Below, in pieces: positions 14,219 through 23,637 of a DNA stretch of 64,000 nt; position 1 is the stretch's first letter; every line of letters begins with the position of its first letter. The translations under genes and the position numbers were made by a program. The stretch lies in IMG/VR virus record IMGVR_UViG_2660238580_000002. One strand, given 5' to 3'. This DNA is from a virus. Lineage: Duplodnaviria > Heunggongvirae > Uroviricota > Caudoviricetes. The notes under the pieces are model-generated. The model searched no databases. It had not been told where the DNA came from and worked only from the letters and a program-made list of their open reading frames with translations.

Positions 14219-16776
14219 CGTCCACCTCCGGAGAACAGGCCACCATCACGCATCTGTGTCTGAATTTCATCACGGGCACCCTTGCGGGCCATGTCATACA
14301 CCGCCTTCAGAGCAGCCGGACCTATCTGCCCGTTCGTGCCGTCGTTGTTAATCACCACATGGTTATTCTGCTCAAACGTCCCGGACGCCTGCGACCGGCT
14401 GTCTGCCATGCTGCCCGGTGTACCGACATAACCGCCGGTGGCATAGCCGCGCATCAGCCGGTAAAGATTCCCCACGCCAATCCGGCTGGTTGCCTCCTTC
14501 GTGAAGACAAACTCACCACGGTGAACAATCCCCGCTGGCTCATATTTGCCGCCGGTTCCCGTAAATCCTCCGGTTGCAAAATGGAATTTCGCCGCAGCGG
14601 CCTGAATGGCTGTACCGCCTGACGCGGATGCGCCGCCACCAACAGCCCCGCCAATGGCGCTGCCGATACTCCCGACAATCCCCACCATTGCCTGCTTAAG
14701 CAGAATTTCTGTCATCATGGACAGCACGGAACGGGTGAAGCTGCGCCAGTTCTGCTCACTGCCGGTCAGCATCGCCGCCATATTCTGTGCAATACCATCA
14801 AAGGTCTGCGTGGCTGCACTTTTTACCTGCGACATACTGTCCGTGGCGCTCTCTTCCCACTCACTCCAGCCGGACTTCAGGCCTGCCATCCAGTTCCCGC
14901 GAAGCTGGTCTTCAGCCGCCCAGGTCTTTTTCTGCTCTGACATGACGTTATTCAGCGCCAGCGGATTATCGCCATACTGTTCCTTCAGGCGCTGTTCCGT
15001 GGCTTCCCGTTCTGCCTGCCGGTCAGTCAGCCCCCGGCTTTTCGCATCAATGGCGGCCCGTTTTGCCCGTTGCTGCTGTGCGAATTTATCCGCCTGCTGC
15101 GCCAGCGCGTTCAGGCGCTCCTGATACGTAACCTTGTCGCCAAGTGCAGCCAGCTGGCGTTTGTACTCCAGCGTCTCATCTTTATGCGCCAGCAGGGATT
15201 TCTCCTGTGCAGACAGCTGGCGACGTTGCGCCGCCTCCTCCAGTACCGCGAACTGACTCTCCGCCTTCCACAAATCCCGGCGCTGCTGGCTGATTTTCTC
15301 ATTTGCTCCGGCATGCTTCTCCAGCGTCCGGAGTTCTGCCTGAAGCGTCAGCAGGGCAGCATGAGCACTGTCTTCCTGACGATCGCCCGCAGACACCTTC
15401 ACGCCGGACTGTTTCGGCTTTTTCAGCGTCGCTTCATAATCCTTTTTCGCCGCCGCCATCAGCGTGTTGTAATCCGCCTGCAGGATTTTCCCGTCTTTCA
15501 GTGCCTTGTTCAGTTCTTCCTGACGGGCGGTATATTTCTCCAGCGGCGTCTGCAGCCGTTCGTAAGCCTTCTGCGCCTCTTCGGTATATTTCAGCCGTGA
15601 CGCTTCGGTATCGCTCTGCTGCTGCGCATTTTTGTCCTGTTGAGTCTGCTGCTCAGCCTTCTTTCGGGCGGCTTCAAGCGCAAGACGGGCCTTTTCACGA
15701 TCATCCCAGTAACGCGCCCGCGCTTCATCGTTAACAAAATAATCATCCTTGCGCAGATTCCAGATGTCGTCTGCTTTCTTAAACGCAGCCTCTGCCTTAA
15801 TCAGCATCTCCTGCGCGGTATCAGGACGACCAATATCCAGCACCGCATCCCACATGGATTTGAATGCCCGTGCTGTCCTGTCTGCCCAGGTCTCCAGCGT
15901 GCCCATGTTCTCTTTCAGGCGGCGGGTCTGGTCATCAAACCCTTTCGTTGCGGCCTCGTTCGCCGCCTGCAATGCCCCGGCTTCATCGCCGGAACGCTGC
16001 AACTGAGCAACATACGCAATCTGCTCCGCCGTCACGTTATGGAACTGGCGTGCCATCGCCGTCAGCCCCGACGTCGGGTCTGTGGTCAGCTTCCCGAAGG
16101 CTTCAGCGACCTTGTCCACCTCCACGCCGGATGCAGAGGAGAAACGCGCCACACTCTGGCTGATGGACGCAATCTGAGCCTCACCGCTTACCCCCGCCTT
16201 AACCAGTGCGCTGAGTGACTCGCTGGTCTGGTTAAACGTCAGCCCTGCCGCCTGCCCGGCTCTGGACAGGGCCAGAATACGATCTGCCGTCAGTCCCGCC
16301 TGATTGCCGGAAAGGACCAGCGTTTTGTTGAAATCGGACAGGGTTGAGTTGCCCTGATACCAGGCATACGCCAGCGCACCGGTCGCCACCGCCAGCGAGG
16401 TGGCCCCCACCATCGGCAGGGTGATCGCACCGGCAAGCCCCCTGAACATGGGGATCATCCCGCCGAAGGAGTCCTTAACCTGACCACCCTGTTGCAGCAG
16501 GATCAGCCACGGACTTTGCCCGCCTGCAAGCTGCGTGGCCACGTCGGTGAACTGTGCAGGCAGCATACGCATGGCGGCTTTATACTGCCCGACGGAAATC
16601 CCCGCTTTCTGTGCAGCCAGCGCCTGTCGGCTCAGCGACTGTTCAACGACTGCCGCTGTTTTTTTCGCATCAGTTTCCGTACCGGAAAAATGACGCCTGA
16701 CTCTGGCCATCTGCTCGTCAAATCTGGCCGCATCCAGACTTAAATCAACGACCAGATCGCCTACCGGTTCAGCCAT
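14215..16776 (-). CDS. H: tail tape measure protein H
   Basis: 853 aa; 2562 nt equals lambda H; coiled-coil-rich. Confidence 0.9.
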   Translation of the reverse strand: MAEPVGDLVVDLSLDAARFDEQMARVRRHFSGTETDAKKTAAVVEQSLSRQALAAQKAGISVGQYKAAMRMLPAQFTDVATQLAGGQSPWLILLQQGGQVKDSFGGMIPMFRGLAGAITLPMVGATSLAVATGALAYAWYQGNSTLSDFNKTLVLSGNQAGLTADRILALSRAGQAAGLTFNQTSESLSALVKAGVSGEAQIASISQSVARFSSASGVEVDKVAEAFGKLTTDPTSGLTAMARQFHNVTAEQIAYVAQLQRSGDEAGALQAANEAATKGFDDQTRRLKENMGTLETWADRTARAFKSMWDAVLDIGRPDTAQEMLIKAEAAFKKADDIWNLRKDDYFVNDEARARYWDDREKARLALEAARKKAEQQTQQDKNAQQQSDTEASRLKYTEEAQKAYERLQTPLEKYTARQEELNKALKDGKILQADYNTLMAAAKKDYEATLKKPKQSGVKVSAGDRQEDSAHAALLTLQAELRTLEKHAGANEKISQQRRDLWKAESQFAVLEEAAQRRQLSAQEKSLLAHKDETLEYKRQLAALGDKVTYQERLNALAQQADKFAQQQRAKRAAIDAKSRGLTDRQAEREATEQRLKEQYGDNPLALNNVMSEQKKTWAAEDQLRGNWMAGLKSGWSEWEESATDSMSQVKSAATQTFDGIAQNMAAMLTGSEQNWRSFTRSVLSMMTEILLKQAMVGIVGSIGSAIGGAVGGGASASGGTAIQAAAAKFHFATGGFTGTGGKYEPAGIVHRGEFVFTKEATSRIGVGNLYRLMRGYATGGYVGTPGSMADSRSQASGTFEQNNHVVINNDGTNGQIGPAALKAVYDMARKGARDEIQTQMRDGGLFSGGGR

Positions 16777-17203
16777 ACCGGACTCCTCCTGCGATCCCTT
16801 CTGATACTGTCATCAGCATTACGTCATCCTCCGTCATGTCCGCCACATCCGGGGAAGCGGGGATAACTTCATTCCCGTCCGGGCCAAAACGAACGCCTCC
16901 GGCAAGCCCTGCCGCTTTCTGCATCAGCACATCATCTTCAGGCTCTTCGTCAGCCTCGCGCCGGTTCAGCAGACTGAAATCCAGCGGATGCATATCCGGA
17001 TCGCTGAAAAACAGGCTGAGCACGGTGTACGTCAGCCCGGAAAAGTGCATATCCAGCAGAACATCATGAAAATAATGGGTACTGTAAAAGCGGTGCCAGT
17101 CGGCATACTCCGTGGATGACATCCCGGCAAGCATGGCACGCCAGTCGGGTCGCCCCATCTCGCGCGCCAGTTTCAGGGCAAAACTCAGCTCACCGTCGAA
17201 CAC
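16769..17203 (-). CDS. T: tail assembly chaperone T frame (made as G-T fusion by -1 frameshift)
   Basis: 435-nt ORF overlapping 3' end of G in the -1 frame, as in lambda. Confidence 0.85.
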   Translation of the reverse strand: MFDGELSFALKLAREMGRPDWRAMLAGMSSTEYADWHRFYSTHYFHDVLLDMHFSGLTYTVLSLFFSDPDMHPLDFSLLNRREADEEPEDDVLMQKAAGLAGGVRFGPDGNEVIPASPDVADMTEDDVMLMTVSEGIAGGVRYG

Positions 17204-17607
17204 TTTCCCGCAGAAACAGGCTCTGCAGGCCCGGCGTCCTCTGCCTGTTCAGGGGCATCATTCACCACAAACTCATACATACCAGACAGCCGGTACACCA
17301 CGTTTTCAGCATGAGAAATTGCCTCCGTGGGCCAGGTGGTAAGCACTTCCTGCTCAATCTGTTTAACGGCTTCATTCATGGACGGCATCTGCGTCTTCTG
17401 CGGATGGTTATGCCACAGGGACATCGCCACCAGAAACGCGCCGGTTCTGATGGCGTCTTCCACAGTAAACTTCCGGTTGCTGTCTGACTCCGCCTGTTCT
17501 GCCTGCCGTTTCATCAGGGCGAGATGCTCAATGCGCTGCAGGGCTGACAGTTCAGAAAGCGTGACGGTCACACCGTTATGTTCAAATGATTCGGTTTTCA
17601 GGAACAT
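17185..17607 (-). CDS. G: tail assembly chaperone G
   Basis: 140 aa MFLKTESFEHNGVTVTLSELSALQRIEHL, lambda G. Confidence 0.9.
   Translation of the reverse strand: MFLKTESFEHNGVTVTLSELSALQRIEHLALMKRQAEQAESDSNRKFTVEDAIRTGAFLVAMSLWHNHPQKTQMPSMNEAVKQIEQEVLTTWPTEAISHAENVVYRLSGMYEFVVNDAPEQAEDAGPAEPVSAGKCSTVS
17203..17209 (-). other. programmed -1 ribosomal frameshift slippery site GGGAAAG (G to G-T)
   Basis: Heptamer G GGA AAG read on minus strand 6 codons before G stop, at the G/T overlap. Confidence 0.8.
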
Positions 17608-17622
17608 CGCTGACTCTCCGGA

Positions 17623-18363
17623 TTAACTGGCGGTGACGGTAATTTCTGCAACCGCAGCAAACTCACCATTACCGGATACAACCGGAATGTTGACCTTGCC
17701 TGCAGCAACGCCGTTCACGGTGATGGTCATACCACTGACCGACACGGTGGCTTTTGTTTTATCCGCAGACACCGCACGAAAGCTCTTGTCGGTTACGCCC
17801 TCCGGCTGGAAGGCCACGGTCAGCGTGGTGCTCTGCCCTTTCACCACCGAGGTGCTGGCAGGCGTCACGGTCATGCCGGTTGCCGCTGTTACCGTGCTGC
17901 GATCTTCTGCCATCGACGGACGTCCCACATTGGTGACTTTCACCGTGCGGGTGATCACTTCCTTCGCCGTCACCGCCTTACCGATACTGCTGACCCAGCC
18001 ACGGAACACATCGACCGTGCCGTTCGGGAAGCGGATTTTATAGGCACGGGTATCGCCTTCATTAAACCACGCCAGCAGCGCCTGCTGCCCCTGCTCTCCG
18101 GGCATCCACGCCAGCGTGAAGCTGGTATCTCCGGCAGATTTCTGCCCCTGCCCGGTCGCAGTCCAGTCTGCATCTTCATCATCGAGATAGCTGTCGTCAT
18201 AGGACTCAGCGGTCAGTTCGCCGGGCGTCAGGTCTTTAACTTTTGCCAGACGCGACCAGTCAACGTCTGAAAGCGGATTCGCATAAGGGTCACCGCTCCC
18301 CTTATAAACCCACAGGGTGGTCCCGGCACCTTTCACCGGCATTGTAGGATTTGGTACAGGCAT
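17623..18363 (-). CDS. V: major tail protein V
   Basis: Starts [22 protein letters not shown]; 741 nt equals lambda V; C-terminal Ig-like region. Confidence 0.92.
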
Positions 18364-18370
18364 AGCGTCC

Positions 18371-18766
18371 TCACATTTCATAGGTAATGACATAAGTCAG
18401 ATCGGCTGAACTCCACAGGCCCGCATCATCGTCGCGCCGGTAGTCATAGCCGCTGGCCACCATACTGGTGATCAAATCTGACAGTGCCGGGATATCGCTC
18501 ATCACCGGATAAATCCGGGACTCCATCCACGCATCCAGCTCTGAATCCGGCACCTGAGCAGGCAGGAAAACTTCGATATGCAGCTCCGCCTGCCAGGTAT
18601 CGCTGTCCAGCTCTTCGCCCGTGTATTCAGCGCCGGTGAGATAAACGGCAACTGCCGGAAAATCCGCCTCATCAAAAACAGCGGGGCGACCATCAAAAAA
18701 CGTCGCCCCGGTGTCATGCTTCTCCAGTGCATCCAGTACGGCTGCACGGAGTTCAGTATGTTTCAT
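18371..18766 (-). CDS. U: tail terminator protein U
   Basis: 131 aa; 396 nt equals lambda U. Confidence 0.9.
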
Positions 18767-19341
18767 CGCTTTATTACCATCCTCAGTTGATGCTGCAGCG
18801 CATAGCCCAGCTCTTTCGGAAGACGTTCACGCCGTATCCGCTCAATATTTTGTTTAAACGCCGTGGTCAGCGGCACCGCCATCGGGATTTTCACCACATC
18901 AATGGGGTAACGGTTTTTCCCGGCCACACGCTGCATGACATGCCACCGGCCATTTTTCAGTTGCTGAATAAACGCGCCGGGAATACGACGGTTACCCACC
19001 ACAAGCACGCTGCCGCCACCTTTCAGGGATGAACGCTGCCCCTTTTTACGACGCCTGCGGCGCGAAAGGACAACCCGCGCATTACCCAGCTTGATTACGG
19101 GCAAATCCCCCCGGTTAACTTTGATTCTGGCCTGCGGATTTTTGACCGTGGCCCTTTTCAGCCTGGCCCTTTCCTTTACCAGTTTCCGGCGTACCTTTGT
19201 CTCACGGGCAACTTGTGACGCCGACTGCGATATCGCGGATGAAGCAACGCGGTTAATGGCCATTGCGGCGGCACCAGGCACCGCCGTTTTGCTGATACGG
19301 CTGAGGTTTTCAACGGCCTGCTCAAGACCTTTTATGGCCAT
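18763..19341 (-). CDS. Z: tail completion protein Z
   Basis: 192 aa; 579 nt equals lambda Z. Confidence 0.9.
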   Translation of the reverse strand: MAIKGLEQAVENLSRISKTAVPGAAAMAINRVASSAISQSASQVARETKVRRKLVKERARLKRATVKNPQARIKVNRGDLPVIKLGNARVVLSRRRRRKKGQRSSLKGGGSVLVVGNRRIPGAFIQQLKNGRWHVMQRVAGKNRYPIDVVKIPMAVPLTTAFKQNIERIRRERLPKELGYALQHQLRMVIKR

Positions 19342-19352
19342 ACATCCCCCTT

Positions 19353-19706
19353 TCAGCGGCGACGGTTAACGGCAGGCGGTACGCCCCGTCCAAGCCAGAG
19401 ATGACAACTTCCGCCATCATCCGGCGAAACCCGATCTACCCAGAAATTTTCCTCACCGATGGTCAGCGTGTCTCCACGCCGCAGCTGCCGCACCTCATCA
19501 GTCCGGACAAACAGGGACGGGCTGGAGCCTTCAACGCGCACGCCCTGTCCGGCATAGCTGATATTTTCAGGGTCATCAAAAACACCACGTATCACCGCAC
19601 CTGACTGCTCACCGGATGTCATGGTGGCTGACGTTCCCATGTACCCGCGTATCGTTTCATCGGCGCGGGCAATGGCAGCATCGAACAGGTTATCGAAATC
19701 AGCCAC
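19353..19706 (-). CDS. FII: head-tail joining protein FII
   Basis: 117 aa MADFDNLFDAAIARADETIRGYMGT, lambda FII. Confidence 0.9.
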   Translation of the reverse strand: MADFDNLFDAAIARADETIRGYMGTSATMTSGEQSGAVIRGVFDDPENISYAGQGVRVEGSSPSLFVRTDEVRQLRRGDTLTIGEENFWVDRVSPDDGGSCHLWLGRGVPPAVNRRR

Positions 19707-19717
19707 AGCGCCTCCCG

Positions 19718-20116
19718 TTATTGCATTCTGGCCAGGCCGCGCTCTGTCATTTCGGCTGCCACACCGGCAGAGACACGAAACGCCGTTCCCGGCAGCACAA
19801 ATGCCACAGGTTCATCCCGCGTGGCGTGAAGTGCATCAGTATGCAGCTTCACCAGTGCCACGACCGTGACCAGTTCAGACGTATCCAGAATCACGGTATC
19901 CGGCTGCGCTGATCCCACCTCATTTTCATGTCCGGTCAGCACATTTTCCCGGCTGAGAGGGGTGTCCTGACCGGCAGTTTCATCCGTGTCATCAAGCTCC
20001 TCTTCCAGCTCTGCCACACGGAGCGCCAGTTCTTCTTTCGTCCCCGTCAGGCTGACATCACGGTTCAGTTGTTCACCCAGCGAGCGGAGACGGGCAATCA
20101 GTTCATCTTTCGTCAT
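19718..20116 (-). CDS. FI: DNA packaging / head maturation protein FI
   Basis: Internal Met MTKDELIARLRSLGEQL; 399 nt equals lambda FI. Confidence 0.88.
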   Translation of the reverse strand: MTKDELIARLRSLGEQLNRDVSLTGTKEELALRVAELEEELDDTDETAGQDTPLSRENVLTGHENEVGSAQPDTVILDTSELVTVVALVKLHTDALHATRDEPVAFVLPGTAFRVSAGVAAEMTERGLARMQ

Positions 20117-20157
20117 GGACTCCTCCACAGAGAAACAATGGCCCCGAAGGGCCATGA

Positions 20158-20946
20158 TTACGCCAGTTGTACGGACACGAACGCATCAGGGTCAGCCAGC
20201 AGCATCAGCGGTGCTGACTGAATCATGGTGAACTCACGCGCCGGATCGCCGGTGGTCACCCAGTTTTTCGGGTAACGGGCAGAGGCGTTAATGCCTTCGC
20301 GCTGTGCGTCCGCATCCTGAATGCAGCCATAGGTGCGCAGACCGCGTGCCTGAGTGTTCCCCAGCACCATCGTGTTGTCCGGCAGGAAGTTCTTTTTGAC
20401 GCCGTTTTCCACGTACTGTCCGGAATACACGACGATGGCCACATCGCCATACATCCCCTTATAGGACACCGCTTTGCCCAGGTCTTTCACCGCTGTCTCC
20501 AGCTCGGAATTAGAGCCACGACGGGTATCCAGCTTCTCCTTGACGGCTTTGAAGGAACGGAACAGCGCCCAGCCTTTCGGATCGAACACGATGATATTCA
20601 CCACACCGCTGGCGTTCAGCGCGTAGGCTTCGATATCGTCGGTCGGGTCATACGTGGACTTGTCACGCTTGCTCCACTCCGTGCCGCCGGACTGCGTGAT
20701 GTTATTCTCCTCACTGCGGCCCATATCCACCTCAACCGGATCGAAGGCTTCACCGGTCATGGTGTATTTGCCCTTAAGCACGGCAGAAACTGCCTGCATC
20801 TCTTCGACCTGAGCAATGGCCAGCTCTTCGTCACGCATGTTCTGCATGATGATGCGACGGCGGCGGTAAGCCGGGTCCGCCAGATTCTGCGGATCTTCAT
20901 CCGGCAGGCGACGCAGGGTCATCTGCGGATTCACTTCATGCTTCGG
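20158..20946 (-). pseudogene. E: major capsid protein E, 3' fragment (codons ~82-341) cut off from its 5' part by island insertion
   Basis: Reads PKHEVNPQMTLRRLPDEDPQ...PDAFVSVQLA with no start codon; in-frame stop immediately upstream of PKH. Confidence 0.92.
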
Positions 20947-20948
20947 CT
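20939..20948. repeat. 10-bp direct repeat TGCTTCGGCT (island junction, putative att core)
   Basis: Identical 10-mer at 33376-33385; lies in E codons Lys-Pro-Lys-His. Confidence 0.8.
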
Positions 20949-21082
20949 ACATGAGTCAAATATGAAAGGATGTGAATGATTTGATTACGTTTTAGCTATA
21001 GAATTGAAATGGAAAATCCTTGAATGCAATACAACGTGCAATACATGGATGAAAACCATCACTCATTTAACAAGAGGAATCT

Positions 21083-21988
21083 ATGCGCTCACCCAACAGA
21101 ATGCATGAACGCTCAACATTTTATAAGTATATGTCGTTGAATACCGCGAAGATTGTTCTTGATTCATGCAGCCTTAGATGGAGTTCTCCGGTCCTATTTA
21201 ATGACCCTTTTGATGTTCCAAGAGAAGTTATGCCTGGTATTAACGAAATTAATATTGGCAAAGCTTTAGCCCGCAAGTTAATAGCGGAGTTGATTACCCC
21301 CAGAGAAGACATACAAAATTTAAACCCTAGAATTAGAACAATGCTAAGTGATTTCCAAAAGTCATTTCCTTTAGGCATACCCGCAGGATTAATTGAAAGA
21401 TTTCAAGAAATGGTAAACATTCCACCAGTTGGGATTGGCGCTCCTGCGGCAATACAAGAAATGAAAGATGTCTGGCGAGGAATGCTTAATAACAGAAGGA
21501 TTTTGTGTTTATCTGAGAGCCCTATAATCACTCCTATGTGGAATCACTATGCCGATAAATATAAAGGTATAGTTATCGAATTTGATTGTGTAGACTTTCT
21601 GGATAGCGCTTGGTTAATAGCCAAACCTATGAAATACACAGATAAAATGCCTCTAACTCACACTGCTGAAGGGATGGCCGAGTTGCTTTTCATGCCAGAC
21701 AATAAGTCAATTGAATATATCAATAATGAGATAATATTCATAAAAACAGAAGAATGGGCATATGAAAGAGAGTGGAGAATTTCAACCTACGCTAGGCCAA
21801 ATAGCACTGGTCAATATAGCGACTTAAAATTTCACCCTTTTGAGTTAAAATCTGTAATACTTGGTCCTCTTTTTGATGCCAGCGAGTTCGATGAAGTCGC
21901 ATCACTAGTTAAGATGTATCCAAGAGCGAAATTATTTAAAAGTTCATTTGGGAACGACAGAAAAATATCCATAGTACCACTACCTTAA
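21083..21988 (+). CDS. DUF2971-family protein
   Basis: 301 aa; N-terminal FYKYMSLNTAKIVLDSCSLRWSSPVLFNDPFD signature; GAGGA RBS upstream. Confidence 0.65.
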   Translation: MRSPNRMHERSTFYKYMSLNTAKIVLDSCSLRWSSPVLFNDPFDVPREVMPGINEINIGKALARKLIAELITPREDIQNLNPRIRTMLSDFQKSFPLGIPAGLIERFQEMVNIPPVGIGAPAAIQEMKDVWRGMLNNRRILCLSESPIITPMWNHYADKYKGIVIEFDCVDFLDSAWLIAKPMKYTDKMPLTHTAEGMAELLFMPDNKSIEYINNEIIFIKTEEWAYEREWRISTYARPNSTGQYSDLKFHPFELKSVILGPLFDASEFDEVASLVKMYPRAKLFKSSFGNDRKISIVPLP

Positions 21989-22094
21989 AAGGTCAAATGC
22001 TTTTGACAAATAAAATCTATCGCCAGTTTTACTGGCGACTTTTAAGCAACAAAGAACCACCTAAGCACTCTTCCTACCTATGGTTTCATTTGTT

Positions 22095-22646
22095 TTAACT
22101 TCGCTGATTATCCTTGATATACCTTTCAGCCATATCTGGAATGTTATCTGAGATCTGGTAAGCTCGAATAAATGCTTTACTGACCTCCATCTTAATGAAG
22201 TCCTGATACCGTTTTTCCATGCCAGGAAACTGTCGACAGATCGCAAGTGGAAGACTATCAATGATTGCTCCAACTTCCCCAGTTAATTTCGACAAGGCAT
22301 AAGTCGCAAATGCAGTGTCAATTACCTCACCTGTTTCGCTGGCATTCTTCAGTTCCTGTGCGTCGGCCTGCGCACGCGTAAGTCGATGGCGTTCGTACTC
22401 AATAGTCCCTGGCTGGAGATCTGCCTCGCTGGCCTGGCGCAGTTCTTCAACCTCCCGGCGCAGCTTTTCGTTCTCAATTTCAGCATCCCTTTCGGCATAC
22501 CATTTTATGACGGCGGCAGAGTCATAAAGCACCTCATTACCCTTGTCACCGCCTCGCAGAACGGGCATTCCCTGCTCCTGCTAGTTCTGAATGGTACGGA
22601 TACTCGCACCGAAAATGTCAGCCAGCTGCTTTTTGTTGGCTTCCAT
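22095..22646 (-). pseudogene. terminase small subunit Nu1-like gene with in-frame amber codon at codon 22
   Basis: MEANKKQLADIFGASIRTIQN-TAG-QEQGMPVL...; first ~100 aa near-identical to prophage Nu1, C-terminal ~80 aa divergent; TAG at 22581-22583 where helper has TGG. Confidence 0.8.
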
Positions 22647-22699
22647 TGTTCATTCCACGGACAAAACCAGAGAAAGGAAACGACAGAGGCCAAAAAGCC

Positions 22700-22860
22700 T
22701 GTTTTTAGCACCTGTCGTTTCCTTTCTTTTTAGGGGATGTTTTTAATAAAAACATTAAGTTACGGCGAAGAAGAACGGAAACGCCTTAAACAGGAAAATT
22801 TTCACAAATAGCGAAAACCCGCGCGCCTGACGCCCCGTAGCCTGTCAGATCGCCGGAAAG
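22700..22860 (-). other. island cos-like region (cosB-like, variant cosN 22824-22835, partial cosQ-side)
   Basis: Aligns base-by-base with prophage cos (39600-39790); 5 of 12 cosN positions differ (GGGCGTCAGGCG vs GGGCGGCGACCT). Confidence 0.7.
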
Positions 22861-22891
22861 GACCCGCCAGCCAGAGCGGGCCCTAATTTCA

Positions 22892-23275
22892 TCAACCAAT
22901 CAGCTTATAGCGACCATCCCGTGCATTGCGGCGTACACGCTCAATCTTGAGGCATAGCGCCGCATCTGGCTTTTTTGGGACAGGTACGCGGCAATATTCA
23001 GAAGCGCGAGGAATATTATTTATCCAGTCGATCACTTCACTTAAATACCAGGCCTTACGCCCTTCCGTAACCTGCACACGCTCCGGGAACTCTCCACTAG
23101 CCTCAAGGTTTAGCAGTGTACGCCGACTCAGGGTTGTAATTTCCATCACCTGATTCATATCAACAAGGCGCTCGCTTAAACACATTTTGTCAGCGATAGC
23201 TTTTAATTCCTCTACAGCTGGATTCGGGTACATCATTTCGGCAATTGGCTTAAGGTCATTGTAATCATTCTGCAT
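22892..23275 (-). CDS. AlpA/excisionase-family HTH protein
   Basis: 127-aa ORF; C-terminal half ITTLSRRTLLNLEASGEFPERVQVTEGRKAWYLSEVIDWI resembles AlpA-type HTH; true start may be internal. Confidence 0.5.
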   Translation of the reverse strand: MQNDYNDLKPIAEMMYPNPAVEELKAIADKMCLSERLVDMNQVMEITTLSRRTLLNLEASGEFPERVQVTEGRKAWYLSEVIDWINNIPRASEYCRVPVPKKPDAALCLKIERVRRNARDGRYKLIG

Positions 23276-23286
23276 TGTATCCCCCT

Positions 23287-23628
23287 TTACACACGAGCCA
23301 GCGGCTGAACAGAAATACCTGAGCCAACAAACGCTGCAATCTTTACTGACAGTTCTTTTACAGACTCAGGCCAGTTCAGAGCATCAACATTTAAGACACC
23401 TGTCTTATAGACCTGAGCCCGTGTTTTTTTCGCGGTGTCGATTTGTACAGCGGAAACATAAACCGCTTTACCTACGCTCGAACCATCCCATACCACCAGT
23501 GCACCTGTTGCATCTTCCTGCATCAGTGGCGTAAATGCAGGAATTACCCCTTTATTAGCTGAAAATATCCCCAGCGTAGTCACCAGTGCTTCAGTGCCAG
23601 CCATGAGTTCAGTGTAATGAGTAGCCAT
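23287..23628 (-). CDS. head decoration protein D homolog (island-encoded)
   Basis: 113 aa; shares PA-TPLM...VAWDG/VVWDG...YK-G...WPE...AF-G with lambda gpD. Confidence 0.6.
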   Translation of the reverse strand: MATHYTELMAGTEALVTTLGIFSANKGVIPAFTPLMQEDATGALVVWDGSSVGKAVYVSAVQIDTAKKTRAQVYKTGVLNVDALNWPESVKELSVKIAAFVGSGISVQPLARV

Positions 23629-23637
23629 TGCTCCCCC

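Noticed and set aside
22095-22646. Second Nu1/cos copy as a possible assembly duplication of 39020-39790
   Set aside because: The two copies differ (amber codon, diverged C-terminal third, 5 cosN substitutions) and have different flanks, so they are distinct loci.
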